Made by a program: the position numbers and the translations under genes | The notes under the pieces: generated by a model | The model's database searches: none | Seen by the model: only the letters and a program-made list of their open reading frames with translations | What the model was told of the DNA's origin: nothing | Assembly: GCA_977016875.1 (NCBI GenBank) | Contig: CDRNST010000013.1 | Location: 1,054,001-1,118,000, forward strand | Source of the DNA: Pavona decussata | Taxonomy: Eukaryota | DNA length: 64,000 nt | Direction of reading: 5' to 3' | In this document: in pieces, positions 49,895 through 63,453 of the stretch | Numbering within the stretch: position 1 is the stretch's first letter | Layout: each line of letters starts with the position of its first letter

Positions 49895-51893
49895 TGGAAA
49901 GGAATTTAAAGACAGAACCGAATTTTTTAAACTCAATCATAGGATATATCTGTGATGATTAACTGCCTGAATCTTTGTGGAATTTGCTGATTGGAAGTGC
50001 TAACCTGTCAACTCACGTCTAGTTGTGTCAGGATCGACGTAAACCTTTTTTTTCACTTCAGGATAGTCTTGAAGGTACTCTCTCAAAACGATTGTACATC
50101 GTGGAGCATTGAAGAATTTGCTAGACAATTAGCATTTTCTTACGATTTTCCTCCAACATTTTGACCAATTCAAGTCTTTGTCCACGAATTGAGTCAACCA
50201 TGCACACAGGTGCAAAAGACATGCTTCAAATAAAACCACTTGGCAGGAGGGAACGTATTGAGAGGAGCATGCGAGACCATGTCCCTTTATCATTGGTTAC
50301 CTCAATCGCAAATATTCTTTTGTTTGCTTCAAATGCCTGATCGACCTCCGGAATGTGTCAAGGTCAAACATGTGCGATGGGAAACAAGATCTGAAAATCA
50401 TCGCATGAGCTGTAGATGTTCTTAGAAATTTTTGTGTCCTCCTGCGAATCCACTTTACAAAATCCTACAGGTTTGAATGTGAATTTCACCATGCTTTATA
50501 TCTTTATATGTTAAATTGTCTATATTTGTCATATTTCAAATACCTTTGGCGAAATTTTCAAAAAACGAGAAATTGTGCTTTAGTCATGTTTAGTGACTCG
50601 CAGTTCGCGTAGCTTCACCCCAGGTGAAAATTGAAGGAATGTGCTTTTTAGGGTCTGTCTGAATAAACTTTTCAATTAAGAAAGCTTATTGTCTGTTTAT
50701 CTGTGTGTCTTGATTCACGGAATTTCTTCACCATGCGATCTTATGTAAACCATGGGAGAGCCAAACCATATCTATTACTGTCCCCTGTGTATTAAGGTGT
50801 AAACAAACCGAAAGCCTCCAGCCCATACCAAATTCGCCCAACTGACAACAAGATCAAATTACTCTGCACAATTTTGGCACTGACTAGAGCAGTTCACTAA
50901 CCCCTCTAACTTTGGTACAGCATTGCTTCTTTACTGCAATATTCTACAAAAATACCATGCAAGTCACAGACGGCCTTTTATTTTATTTTCTTCCTACAGA
51001 AGTAGCTACATGTAGTCCTTGACTACCTATTTTTAGAGTTAAGTGCATAAGTAAGTTGGACGAGAGAGAAAGGGTCCCATTTTGTCCCCCTGCCACCATT
51101 TCATGTGCCTTTGTGATGTACCATTAAGTTGTCAAGTCTCTTAGGCCTGATTCAAATGCCATAGTCTTATAGTCTTTTCTTACTTCGCCTGCAGAAAGCA
51201 TTTGCAAGGTAGGCGTGTTTTTATTGTCAGCCAGAAGAAACGATGTACAAAAAAGTCTTCCATTTCACTTTTTTTCACAAGAGATTGAGAAATGTCCCAT
51301 ACAGACTGGAATCGAATGAGAAATGCCATTACAAATTGGAAACCCAACTAAATGCAGCAAGAACAACAATGACAAAATGGGTTTTGACTCCGCTGTCTTG
51401 TGTTGTTGGATAAACCCGCCCGGCAGATTAGTATTTTCAGATAAAAAATCATTAACTACTTTCAGCCAGCAGAAATTCCAATTTTTCAAGCAGAATTTGG
51501 GCAAATTTCGGAAAAAAAAAGAAAACAGTAACGAAGAAGGTGTAAAGATATAAGTTCAGAGTAAAAGGAACTTCCCAATGGTAATATGCAGAATCTGTTG
51601 ATAGCGCAACAGAAAAGAAAATAAGACAAACATTACGTACATTGTTTGTTCTAGTCTGGTGGGAGGCCTTAGGCCTCCCCAGAGAACTGTTCACAGTTGA
51701 CTCAGCCCGCTGCGGTAGTGCCCTTCGCGTTCACTGTTTCTGCTTCCTCCTTCGGCTCATCCATGTTTGGTGTTGACGATGCTCATTAAAGTGGTATATG
51801 ACAAGACGTGTGCTACAATGCATATGGGAGCCCATGCATGTGAGCATGCACAAATTAATCCTAGGAAAGGTGTCATAAGCCCATTCATTGAGC

Positions 51894-52208
51894 AGGTGTT
51901 TACACTGAATGGGTATCTGGATTCCTAATCATTTACACATGTAGATAACCCCAGGAACATTCCTGATTGAATATTTACAAAGCAGGCGAAAAAATATCCG
52001 GATTCGTCCTAATCTCTCTGAATTCAAAATTTTTCAGATTCAAAGTTCCCACTTTAGAATCCAGATTCAAAATCTCCCCAAGACATGACCAAACTGGGGA
52101 GTTTTTATTTCGGAGTCATCTACTTATATGTAAACGGCAAAACGAATCTGGTACTAAAACGTATCGGATTTGTCACAAATCCAGAACAATTTCCTTTAGT
52201 GTAAACCT
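51894..52208. mobile_element. MITE with GTTTACACT/AGTGTAAAC ends and GGATTC/GAATCC repeats
   Basis: AGGTGTTTACACTG ... TAGTGTAAACCT. Confidence 0.55.
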
Positions 52209-54214
52209 AGTGTGAGAATTTGGTAATGGCCGATTCAGTTTGGAGGGTTTTCCACTGGGCTTATGGAGAATTGCTGCAAGGAATGCGCCGGTTTTTATTT
52301 ATCTTATTTTACTTGATCGTTTATGTGACAGGACGTTCAATCACGCTCGATTGGCAAAACTTGATTGTTGCGTTATTATGATCGACTGAGTTTGGCAATC
52401 AGATGAATGGTGTTCGATTAGGTTCGATAATCGTACGTTTACTTAGGTATCTAAGCAAAGAGGCTACATAGTTATTATTGATTAAACGTCAGTATTCTTA
52501 TTAGCAATCTTAACGGAACTTTATTAATAGTAGATGGATTTCATTTAAAAAAAGAGGAAAATTTGTTAAAAATGAAACTGACAGACTTTGATAGCTCAAG
52601 TAGATGAGCCGATGCGTAACTACTTATCATGTTTTACGATTCCACACTACCACTGATTCAAGATTATTGACTTTTTGTCAGAGATGGATCGCGACACAAA
52701 CGTTAAAGTCCCAGGTGCATGAATCAAACTGTTATCCCGCTCCTTGGAATGCTCAATCGACTGGACCGCACACTACATTAATACCTTTGGCCTCTGATTT
52801 TTTATTATATTTCCTTTTCAACATAGTCCAGCGAAAACCAAAGTTCAGGATCATGCCCCAGAATGGATAAGATTAGCAAGAAATCTAGTTTCAGCAAAGT
52901 GGTAACTTGACACACATATGCGACTACTCTGTCAGCTAACAAGCTCTAAACACGCTTGGAAATTTTGACCTCTAATTGGGGCAAGAAAATGTCCACTAGA
53001 TTCCAGTCTGTTTACGGCAAAATGCCGCTCGACCATTTTCATGGCGACTCAGGGGGACCTGAGTAGTCATCTATTTTGCCTTCTTGCGGGAGACTGGTAA
53101 TGAAAACAAACGTTTGGCGCTGAAAAATAAAACCTATGGCTTTCAAGCTTTTGTTTGATACCTGATTCATCGAGTTTGTCCATATTTCTTAATTCTGCAT
53201 TCACAGTGAACACAGGGCTCCAAATAACGATTGCAGTTATAAAGTTAAGCCTTCAGTCGACTTCAAAAATGGAGGTAAATAATGCCAAAGGACTCGTTTT
53301 GCTGGAAACGGAGATGGTAGAACCACAGAAGAGATATTGATTGTTTATAATTTTGAGTCACTCAGGCTGCAGTCAGGCTTCATCCGCTTTGAGTCAGTGG
53401 CCATGGCTTCGCTTTGAGATTGTGTGGTCGCTTTCTATAGAAAATGGAAAACAGTTCTGCTTTTAGTTGAAATTTAGATTTATCTGATGAAATGCACAAT
53501 TTTCAGCTCACCTCTGATCCATTTCAGATTTTCAATTCAGGTAGAGTAAAGGCTACACAGGACAGCTAACATGTGTTGAAAAAAATCACAAGTTGTAAAG
53601 CAATGATACTGAAAATTTTCACGGCTGATCATCCAATAGGAATGTTGAGAACAGTGATATTGCGTGACTTGTGTAATAATAACAATAAATGATTATAACT
53701 CGATTTGTTTTCTTTAGTATCAGTGCGTTATCTTATACGCTCAGCTATTGTGGTTTCATATTATTGACAGGTCACGAACACGTTTTTAGCAGTAAATTTT
53801 TAGGTTTCGATTTCAGTTTTTGTAATAGCGCTCGTCTCGCAAACATTTAGTTATTCCCAAGATTTGTACCGTCGCTATAGTTCTTCTAAAGCCACAGAGA
53901 TCAACTCTTCAGGTACAATGACTCTAGTTTTTTATGGTTGTGTTTTTAGATGTTTTTTTCGAATATTACTTTGTTTGTTATTTATCAGCTTTGTTCGATA
54001 GTACAATGTGAAGCATTACCTTTTACAGAATCTGTTCATTAAAGATTAAAGAAATCTCTGGCAAGCTTTATGCGTTTGCAACTTTCTCAACCAAGGAAGT
54101 TGACAAAAATTCTAGCGCTGTCAAAAAGTAGATTGTGTTTTTCCATTTTGCCTTTGTAAGTTTTATTGCTGTGAAGCGCCGAGATCTGGAGGTTGAATCA
54201 AGCGTAGCATTGAC

Positions 54215-54830
54215 TTCAATTGTGAATTATTTCTTCTGGCACTTGGTGTTTCAATTTCTTGATCCTGAAGATCTGGTTGCTGCTGGCGGAGTGTGCTACT
54301 TGTGATGGATGTTCATATTCCAGTACCAAGGAAAGCACTCGATCAGGCAAAAGCTCTAAGCTGTGGCAAGCTGGACATTGCGAATTCTGGAAAGCTTTAT
54401 CAGAAGATCCCGCTGTGGATTTATGCCAATATACACAGCCTAAACCTGAGCGAAACAACCATCTCTTCGGATAACTTTGTTACACTGATGAAGGCTGCAA
54501 CTTATCTAAAGTCTCTACAAATAAAAAGCTGTGGAAATATCACAGAGGATGCGATTTTTCGCGCAAAGTACTCTCTGCCAAACTTGAGAAGCGTAAACAT
54601 TTCATTTAATCCCTAGTTTGGGATCCTTTCCATCGCATGTCTTTGTTCATATCAATCCATCCATGACATTTCTTTTTATGGGAGAAGACTGGAATCAAAG
54701 GAACTTCTATTTCTTGCCAAGACCTTCCCTAGAGTTGCAAATAGTGGGATAGATCTTCGTTCCGATGACACAGAAGATCATGGCGACTATGTTTTAGGAG
54801 CACTACAAACTTCTGTGTCCCTGTTTTGAA
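54215..54830 (+). pseudogene. F-box/LRR protein relic (intronless)
   Basis: WHLVFQFLDPEDLVAAGGVC..W F-box; LRRs IHSLNLSET.IS, LKSLQIKSCGNITEDAI and LPNLRSVNISFN. Confidence 0.75.
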
Positions 54831-55639
54831 ACTTGAAACAATTTGCTGCCCGAATATACGTATTTTGTCGCAGTTTATCGACATTACCTTAGGATTTTTT
54901 ATTCATGTTTTGTTACAGTTTTAGGCGATACCTGAACACGAAACTGCAACTTCACGCCATGTAATTTTAGAAAACAATTTTCTTATTATCAAGCTGTAAA
55001 TATTATGACGTTTTCAAGGCAAATATGATGTTCAGCAAGAGAAGGCTCCAAAAAGCTCTTACCACACATACGACTTTTTTTATACTTTTATGTACAAAAG
55101 TTTTAACGAAATAAAGACATTTTGTGACTTTCTGCCTTGAAATCAACCTTTGCCTTATGAAATTCATCGAAAACATGTTTGAATTTTGCGCTAATAGCAA
55201 TTTATCCAATAAGGTAGCTCATATTAATTCAATTCTTACATTCCTTCGCGCTGGCTACCAACGGCTTCTGGTTCCGCGGCCCCATTGGTTTCGCTATTGC
55301 TGTTGCCCTTAGCGCTACTTAATTATGAATTTTGTGTGTCCTACACACATTTTTAGAGGACTGGGAGACATGGATGTGTCTGAAAGTTGTTTAGATGAGG
55401 AGTGAACGGTCACTATGGCTGACAATATTGTCGAAAGTGACAAGACTGTTGTAAATCGGCCTCAACATGTTCACCCCCCCTGTAGATGGTGCCCAGGAGC
55501 CCAGCCATTCTCTCCCATGAAGGGACCATTAATGCATTCGGAAAAAAAAATAGAGAACAGAGAGGTCATCATAAAGTGGATAGAGGTTGCACTGAATAAG
55601 CTCACTACCCTAGATGGACTTGAGGAGTTTGTTTGGTTT

Positions 55640-56306
55640 GCAGAGTAGATCCCGCTACCTTATATCACAGGAGAAGCTGATGGAGCTTGTTGGCTCAACA
55701 TGTGGTTACCAGACAGATGGATGCAGTTGTGACGCCCAGCTTAGTTTCTACACAAAGGTAGTACGGTCCAGTTTAGAACTGACCTGCTGTTGTCAGTTTG
55801 GCCATGGAAGAAAGTGAGTTTCAAGTGAAACGCTCTCTCCGCTAACAAAAAAGGAACAATTGCTCTGAATGATGGGATGTTAGCATTTGCTGTTATCATT
55901 TCTGGTAACAACTACTCCAAATTCAGTCTGCTATGCCACGCTCTGGGTATGCAGATCATCAGTGAAGCCTCCTTTCTAAGAGTGATCGAGGAAGTTTGGT
56001 TGGAGATGAACGACTTAGTTAAGCAGATATTAAAAGACTGCGAGGGTATCTGTCTATATTGGGATGGAAGAAATGATTCCCCAGGCCATAGTGCATGGTA
56101 CTGTGTTTACACATTGCCTGAATACTTACCAGTGCTGTGGTTGATTTCAAAGTTACCGATAAAAGGGAGAATGGTGGCAATTCCATGAATATGGAGAAAG
56201 AGGCCCTGAGGAGACTGTTGGAGAAGCTGGTTGTAGTGTTTCCATTGCATGAATTAACCACAGATGCTTCTTAAGCAGTGATCAAGCTTGTCAGGGAGTT
56301 AAAGGG
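55640..56306 (+). pseudogene. Kolobok DDE transposase catalytic region relic
   Basis: C..GH..SS; ISGNNYSKF; DGRNDSPGHSA.YC.YTL; S.NMEKEAL; ELTTDAS. Confidence 0.85.
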
Positions 56307-56439
56307 AAAGCAAAGTGAGTGTTAATGAGTGAATCTCTTGATTCATTCAAACTTGTAAGTACAGGTCTGTGTATAGATTTCATCTCCAAAGATGAAATGT
56401 TTTGTACATCCTCTAAGAACCACAAAATGGACTGCCTAT

Positions 56440-57270
56440 TAGCAACCATGCGGAAACTGGACATTAAAAAAATCTAGTGGTTCAACTCTTATTTTGCACC
56501 TTGCTCTTATTGCCAACTCGAGAACGTGGCGGTCTATACAAAGGTTCTGAAAGAGTTCATAGGAAGTAATACATTCCCTGCGTCAACAACATTATTTTGT
56601 TTTCCTCTAGGGTGGACATTAGGATGCAGTTGTTGCAGATGCACTATCCCAGTACAGCATTATTTGTCTGATCTGGCTGTGGCTCTTCATCCGAGTTTTC
56701 ATGTGTCACAAGTCGTCTCGAAAAATCTTAACTTCCTTGCCCATTGTTTATGAGCAGCACCATCAACACCAACATTTCCTGCCTTGTGTTTTCAATGTGG
56801 CGTCTTTGTCTTTCCACGGAACTGGAGGGTAGATCTCGTTCGGAAAAAGGTTGGAAGATTCTAAAGAAATATGACATAAAAAAAGAAAATGTATTTGCCT
56901 TGTTGAGAGTATATGCATACACATAATAAAAAGAACTTACCTGATTCGCACATTGTTTTTGACCAGTGCCACATTTTCACCTGTTCTGCACACATGGCAA
57001 ATTTGCCATGCGACAAGGACAACCACAACTGACTCTATTCTTCTGCTTGGTTTTACAAGCGGATTTACAATCAAAAAATTTTATTTGGTTCTTCACCAAT
57101 TGGTTCACATACATTTGCTGATGCTTCTGGTTTGGATTCTGCAATTTGAAGAATTGAGTCAACAGATGAAAGGTCAGCTGAAAGGTGAACCGCAAGTATT
57201 TCTCAAATAAAATGATATCAGTTCGAGGGTTTTCACATTTCCATAAATATTTCTTCCCTGCTGAGGGCAT
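56440..57270 (-). pseudogene. KolX/P2X7-ballast-like gene with an N-terminal CXC-like Cys cluster, convergent with the transposase
   Basis: CKSACKTK..CGCPCR.ANLPC; intron at ~56862-56940; CICNNC..M.T.EEN..TSYELFQNLCIDRHVLELAI. Confidence 0.7.
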
Positions 57271-58079
57271 TCTTGAAAGTTACAACTGAAATGTCCAAGT
57301 TGAAAGAACTGTCATCCATTTTCTATCCTGCTGTGCCGTGCGACACTCGTCAGTTCACAAGTTCAGCTTTTGCGCTTTGTTTATCATAACAATAACAAAC
57401 ACACGCAAAGCATGCCGTTCAACAGTCTTTAAACCGCCATTGCAGAGATCAAGAGCCACACGAGTGAAGGTGGCACAAACATCAACACAGACAACTTTTA
57501 AGACAGGTGAAAATTATAAAAGGGGTTTATTGCAATGTGCCAATTGTATTTAAGGATGTGAGAGTTTTGTCAGTTAAGTAAATAGGTGAAACGCCCATGT
57601 AAGGCCCTGGCCTACAAGAACATGTAGTTACCGCGGGCTGGGAAATATCAATAGATAATATATCGTCAACACACTCTATTAAACCCCTCTCCCTCCTCCC
57701 TAGGATAAATAAGGTGGGGGTGGGGCTTAGGGAGTGTTCTGTGGAGTGGCGTAGGGCGGATTTCAAACCTTAAACACTGTTGTGTCGAATTATAGTCGAA
57801 AGATTCAAATACTACTTAATGAATAGACTTCCTATAGGCATACTACCTTGTGATACTTTTGTTTTGTTTTGTTTTTTGGGCCTTTGCAAAAAGTATGATG
57901 ACCTTGGTAGAAATGTACACGACACAATTACAAATTTTAATTCCAAAACGAGGAAGGCAAGGGGGCCTATTGGGGAGAGGGAAAAATTGAATTGCAAAAG
58001 GGGGCTTCAGTAGAGATGAGATGAGCGAGGGTTGCAGCCTCTGTTCCACTCAGTAGTATGTTAGAAGTCAACAAACTCA

Positions 58080-58604
58080 TTCAGCCAACAGCCTTAATTG
58101 TTTCGGTACGACTGGACGAGTTTGACCTAGGTGACCTTTGTCTGTCCAAACAAGATTCACTAGTTTATCCTTTAGGGACGCATACTAGCCACCACTCTTT
58201 ATGAGCTCAGTTCTGGCAAGTGTGTCCTTAAAACGTTTAAGGAAGATGGACTTCAAGAAATCAAAAGGTTATTTTCTTTGATGGACACACACTCAAAAAA
58301 TGGTCCAAATGAACGCACTTGCAATAAACTTAGCTCAAAAGCTTGCTGCAGAGGCCCCAGTCGAGATAAGCAGTAAGGGGGAGACATTCTCCCACTATAC
58401 GTATGTCAAGTCGGGCAAACAGCTGATGGTTCTAGACACATACAGGAGGTGGAATACTCCCACTGTGATCCAGATTGTTACTTCTTAACTTCTGGACAAT
58501 TCAGACAATTCAATATTTTGCTCTCGTCACAAGCAATCGACAAGTTAAAGGAAGAACACACATGTAACAGGTTCTGTGATCTACTTGGACTAGACAAGTT
58601 TTGA
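58080..58604 (+). pseudogene. Second alpha-kinase relic (internally deleted)
   Basis: HTQKMVQMNALA.NLA..ETFSHYTYVKSGKQLMVLD...EHTCNRFCDLLGL. Confidence 0.8.
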
Positions 58605-59756
58605 AAACAGTAACTGAAGTTAAGAAGGAACTGTTTATTGTGCATTGGTTAAACCCCTGCATAACTAGTCTGTAGTTGTTTGTAGCTTTTACTACATGAA
58701 ATCATTGATTATTTTTCCCTTTTCTATTGACAAATGCCAGTCACCATGAATTCAAACACCAAGCAGTGCTACTTTTTCTTTGGCCTGCATATGTAGGACA
58801 TGTAACTGCTAGTATATCTATATGTATGCATCCAGCAGAGAGCAAAAATTAGTCATTGTTTAGTAGAGTAAATGGAGCAAAATTCTCGACTCTCACTGGC
58901 CATCAATAGGATAGCGTACTGATCATAGTTCTGAAATTGTGCTTGTGCCTGTGTAATTTGACAGTACACATCATTTCCGTGAACTGTTCTGGGTTCCCAT
59001 TTTCATGCATCTTGCATTTAACTGTTATTTGTATGAACTAAAACATTCAAGGCATTCCTGGAGGTAATCCACTTTCAAAATTGTAGTCAAAGACCGGTTT
59101 TTCACGGCAAATTTGTTACCTGACGCCGTACCTCAAAGCATGCTGCCAGATGTGATAACATGCTAGTCCGTTTGGTTTGACGCCTTTATGACATCTGAGC
59201 TGTGGACATCCTTGCTTTCTGACAGCAGTTTATGCAGCTCTTTGTGAGTGTGGATCATGTTCGCATCACTTGCATTTGCTTGACCCTGTGCTATATTAAT
59301 TGGCAGAAGATATGGTTCGTTGCTAAATCAGAAATGTAAGGTAAGGCTATTCCTTTTTTTTGTTTTCTGGTCGTATTCTCAGCACTAGTTCACTTAAGTA
59401 ACCATTTGTGGCTGCACGGAAATGTCGACAATTGTCGTTTGCTTTTTCTTTCTAGCACCTATCCCGAATAGAGCTTCCATTGTTTTAAACTTTAGAGAAG
59501 GATACAAGAGAATAACAGGGTGAGTTCATTAAATTCACAGTACCTGGAATTTTAATCTCGTGCCCGATCTACTTTGGAAATCTTAGTTCCAGCAAGCATG
59601 CATTGTTGGCAATTTACAACCATATGCGAGGAGTATTGAAGTTACACCATGTGCGCTCCTGGCCATACAAGAAAATAGGGATTCAGGTTGCATTCAGTAA
59701 CATTCACTGACAATATTTGCACAGTATTGAGTCCTAATTCATTGATTTGAAGCCGA

Positions 59757-60270
59757 CCCCTTACCAAACCAACTGTATTTTAAAACTGTTTTTAAACTGT
59801 TTTGAAAGTAGTTTGACGATTTAAAAACTAGTTTTAAGCCCTTTTATGTATTTTTTTGGTATTTTGCGAAGAAATTCAAAATTTTGTTTTGTACTTAAAA
59901 TGTATTCCCAGAATAGTTATAAAGTATTTCATAAAAATGGAAGGTTTTTCCATCTGTTTTTAATGTAGTTTTGTCGAAAACAGGGTTTACGGCTATTCAA
60001 ACACTGTTTTGTACATTATCTTGGCAATAGGTAAAAAATAGTCTTCAAACAGGCTATTTAAAATGTAGTTGACAGGGGAATGTACTCAAACAGGTTTTAA
60101 ATAGAATATTTACAATGTAGTTGATATCTCAAAAGCACGATAGGTGCAATTTACAATGTAGTTTTAACGTAAACATTGTCAAATTGGTTTTAATTAGTGT
60201 ATTTAGAATGTAGTTGAAGAGACAAGAGTACTAAATACCGTTTAAGTAGGAAATTTAAAATGTAGTTGAA
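59757..60270. repeat. CACTA/EnSpm terminus with a subterminal AATGTAGTT array
   Basis: CCC start; AATGTAGTT(G) at ~59962, 60062, 60115, 60155, 60207 and 60259; lies 3' of the transposase. Confidence 0.6.
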
Positions 60271-60539
60271 GGGTAAAAATTAAAAAAAAATTAACCAAAA
60301 CAACCACACAAACAAAAGTCGGTTCTCAATATATTTTAATTTCCTGTTAAGTTAAAAGAAGTTGCACATTTTTTCTCTGAGCCAGTTTCAAAGCAGTCAG
60401 GAGAACACCCCTAGACTCATTTTGAAATAGAACTTAAATTCCTTTTGCTTTCTTTTTTCTTTTCTTTTACAATTTTGTGAGGAACATTATTTACATCCGC
60501 CAATAGTAGTCTCTATTACAAAGCTTTACATACAGTACC

Positions 60540-63330
60540 TTTAGTCTTTCTCAAACGAATTAGGAATGTGACACACATATACATGAGCAGCACTTACATC
60601 AATCCTCATACATTTCTCCTTAATAGAGGAAATTGGTATAGCCATGACACGGTCTGTAGTGGCTAACCGTGTGATGTGCTTCACTACTGTCATACCATGA
60701 TAAAACTGAAGCTAGCTTTGGTGCCTTGATAGTTTTTCAACCAATGCTAAGTAATGAAATGAGAGAGAGCACAAACATTTGTCCTGAAGACATTGCATTC
60801 TAGTGCATTTTTCCTCGTATTTTACAAATTTTACAATAGAACCGTAATGGCTTTTCCCAATTCTTTGGAAAACAATAGTTGAGTTGTTTCGCGCAGTGGT
60901 TCTTTTGTAGAGTGAACTTTGGTACTCCACTCCACTTAGAATTGCTCGTTTAAATACCCACATCTTGGACACTGCCCCAACAACGTCTCTCTCCACTTGG
61001 TTTACTAAACTTGAGGTGTCCCACACATGCTCTAGTGAGCCCACCTCAAAGATATCACCACATATTTCTTCGCCCACAGTACTTATGAAAATAAGATAAA
61101 AATAAAAGTTAGCTAAAACTAGGGATTAAAAAGTTCGGTAATTCATTGTTTAATTACTGTTGTGTAATCTTATCCATCATAACTCCAAATTTACCTGCAG
61201 TTGTAAGTCTTGGATAACAGCTTACTGTACAGTTGTTTTGCATCTGAAGATTCAGGTAGTGATCCAGCTAGTTGAGGCAGACTTTGATGTGCACATATTG
61301 ATCTCACAATCTGACCGAAAAGAGGTATGACTTAATGGGTTAATATAACTAATGTGTCAATATTTCCCTTCCATATAAAGGGGTTTGAAAGGTACAAGTA
61401 ACAGAAGTGCAGTTAACTTCATTCTTCCTATTTATGAATACTGTATCTTCAAACAAACACTTGATGTTTATAGTGTAAGGTTTAAACCTTTTCCAAGGCC
61501 TTATACACAAACAGGAAACAAGCAGTTATGTCCAATTTCAAATGAATATACAATTATTTAATAATACTAATACTTGCAAAACTGGATAGAATATACCTGA
61601 CTGTAGCAAGTTGGCAGAAATCAGATGGTATTCCACAGAATTTAGAAGAATGTAATTATAAATCTACAGTTAAAAAAAGTTTAGTCCGTTCCAAATGCTG
61701 CATGCTTCACTCATGTGCTGACCCACACTGTTGAATTAAGAAAAGCACAAGAGTGGCGTTGGCGTATGGGGTGCAGCAGGCTTTCAATATCATTGATTAT
61801 GTGACACCAGAGCAGTGGCTGGTTCATAGGGTGCTCTTCTCATTTGCCCAACCTGATGCATGAATAACTTTATTATATAAACATCAGTGTGTTATTAGGA
61901 TTTCTGCCACTGAAAAAATCCGTATATTTTCACATGTAAAAGTAAGATATTTTTACAAAATAAGATATTTTTACATGTGAAAATATTGATTTTTGATAGT
62001 TTGAGAGCATTTTAATCACTTATCGTGTCTTTTATATTTTGAACAAGATACCAGACATTTTTAATATTTGTATTTATTCTTTTACCGTACTTTGTAGAGC
62101 TCCAAGTTTTCACTGGAGTATTTTGAACAATGAAATACATTTATTGGGTTCTCGACTATATGGCATGGTTTTGGTTTATGGAATGGCTGATTCTTTTTAC
62201 ATAATAAACAGAATAATACATGGACGCTTGGATATAGAATTTATCTTCTTGTGTTCCTATTCGATATCTCACTCGTTTGCTGCGGTCACTTGTTCAATAT
62301 TGATGTGAATATTCGAAGATAAATTCCATATCTCCGCGCGCCAAATGTATTATTCTCTATATAATGTACTTTCAATATAACAGCGCTCCTGATGGTCCAA
62401 AGTGGAGTGGCGTGACCAGTCATTCATGAAATTGCTAGTGTAAAATTATAACCAATTAGTGTTGACTATGTTTGCTTTTTTCGTAATAATCGCCCAGTTG
62501 ACAGGAGTTATATAGAGGATATTACATGGCCGCGTGGATACACAAAATTTCTCTTCAAGTGTTGAAAAATATTTCAAGAGTGAGGGCAATACAGTTTCAA
62601 GAGGACACCAGCCTCTTCTACTTCCGTTTGAGAAATGCTGTTCTTCAAAAGGCGACACACTCCTCCCACAAGAAAAGCAAGATGCAACAGGCATCTTTCG
62701 TCCAATCTTTCCAATAACAGTGGGAGGGCACAATATAGCAGAAATGCTCTTTTTTCATTAGCTGAAAAGTAAAACGTCATATGTGTAAATGATGCGGTTC
62801 AAAGAATTTCAATGCATGATTTAAAAAAAGGGCCTTTCCCACATATATACTGTATACAGTGTAAATACTTGTATGTGCTTTGGCTTATCATGTCTTGTGG
62901 TACCACATCAAGGTCACTTTGGCATTACTTCTTTTTAAAATTGTAAGGTTGATGTACAAATTATTCAATACAGTGTGTACATTCATTCCCATAGTAAAAA
63001 TTGGTATCCAATGAGCTGTTGAGGACTCCTTTGTTTAGAAAATTTCTTAATGCACACACTAACCCTTCCACTGTTTCCAGTCAAATATACCTCTTGGCCT
63101 ACGGGTGATTTCAGAGATTGGCTTTAAACAGAGCAAAGCATTGTTGATCTGATTTACACTGCTTCCTAAGTAGCAGTTGCTGTGCTTGTTCTCGAACCAA
63201 GCCGTTAAGTGCTGGTCAACTACACCTTCACATATGCAGTGCATGTAGTCCACTGCAGTCCCTGCAACTACATAATGCAGTGGTAAGGAAAAGGCCCATG
63301 ACAGACCAAGTACACCTTCCTGGGGTTTCT
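60540..63330 (-). pseudogene. CACTA/EnSpm (Tnp2-type) transposase, spliced and degenerate
   Basis: VDYMHCICEGVV..W..KPISEITRRPR..WK; EKRAFLLY.ALP..HLAFLVGGV..LL..SIS; YQSSLYKR..RNNSTI..YGSIVKFV. Confidence 0.85.
61870..62362. repeat. AT-rich interspersed repeat with a palindromic 3' part, in a CACTA intron (related fragment at 62510-62582)
   Basis: AGAATAATACATGG..GAATTTATCTTC / GAAGATAAATTCC..ATGTATTATTCT hairpin. Confidence 0.5.
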
Positions 63331-63453
63331 AAAAGAAAACAAAATATATGTACATAACAATTAATAATCATCACTGTTTTTATCATCACCATCATCACCG
63401 TCATAATTTATTACACTTGTAAGTGCTATTGACATGTACATAATTTATGGATA

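Noticed and set aside
50050-53700. Short ORFs as host exons, or the left terminus of the F-box Kolobok
   Set aside because: No recognisable domain and no TIR/TTAA pair could be established by eye.
59940-60270. Regularly spaced repeats as a CRISPR-like array
   Set aside because: The repeats are only ~10-16 bp and degenerate, the context is eukaryotic, and there are no cas genes.
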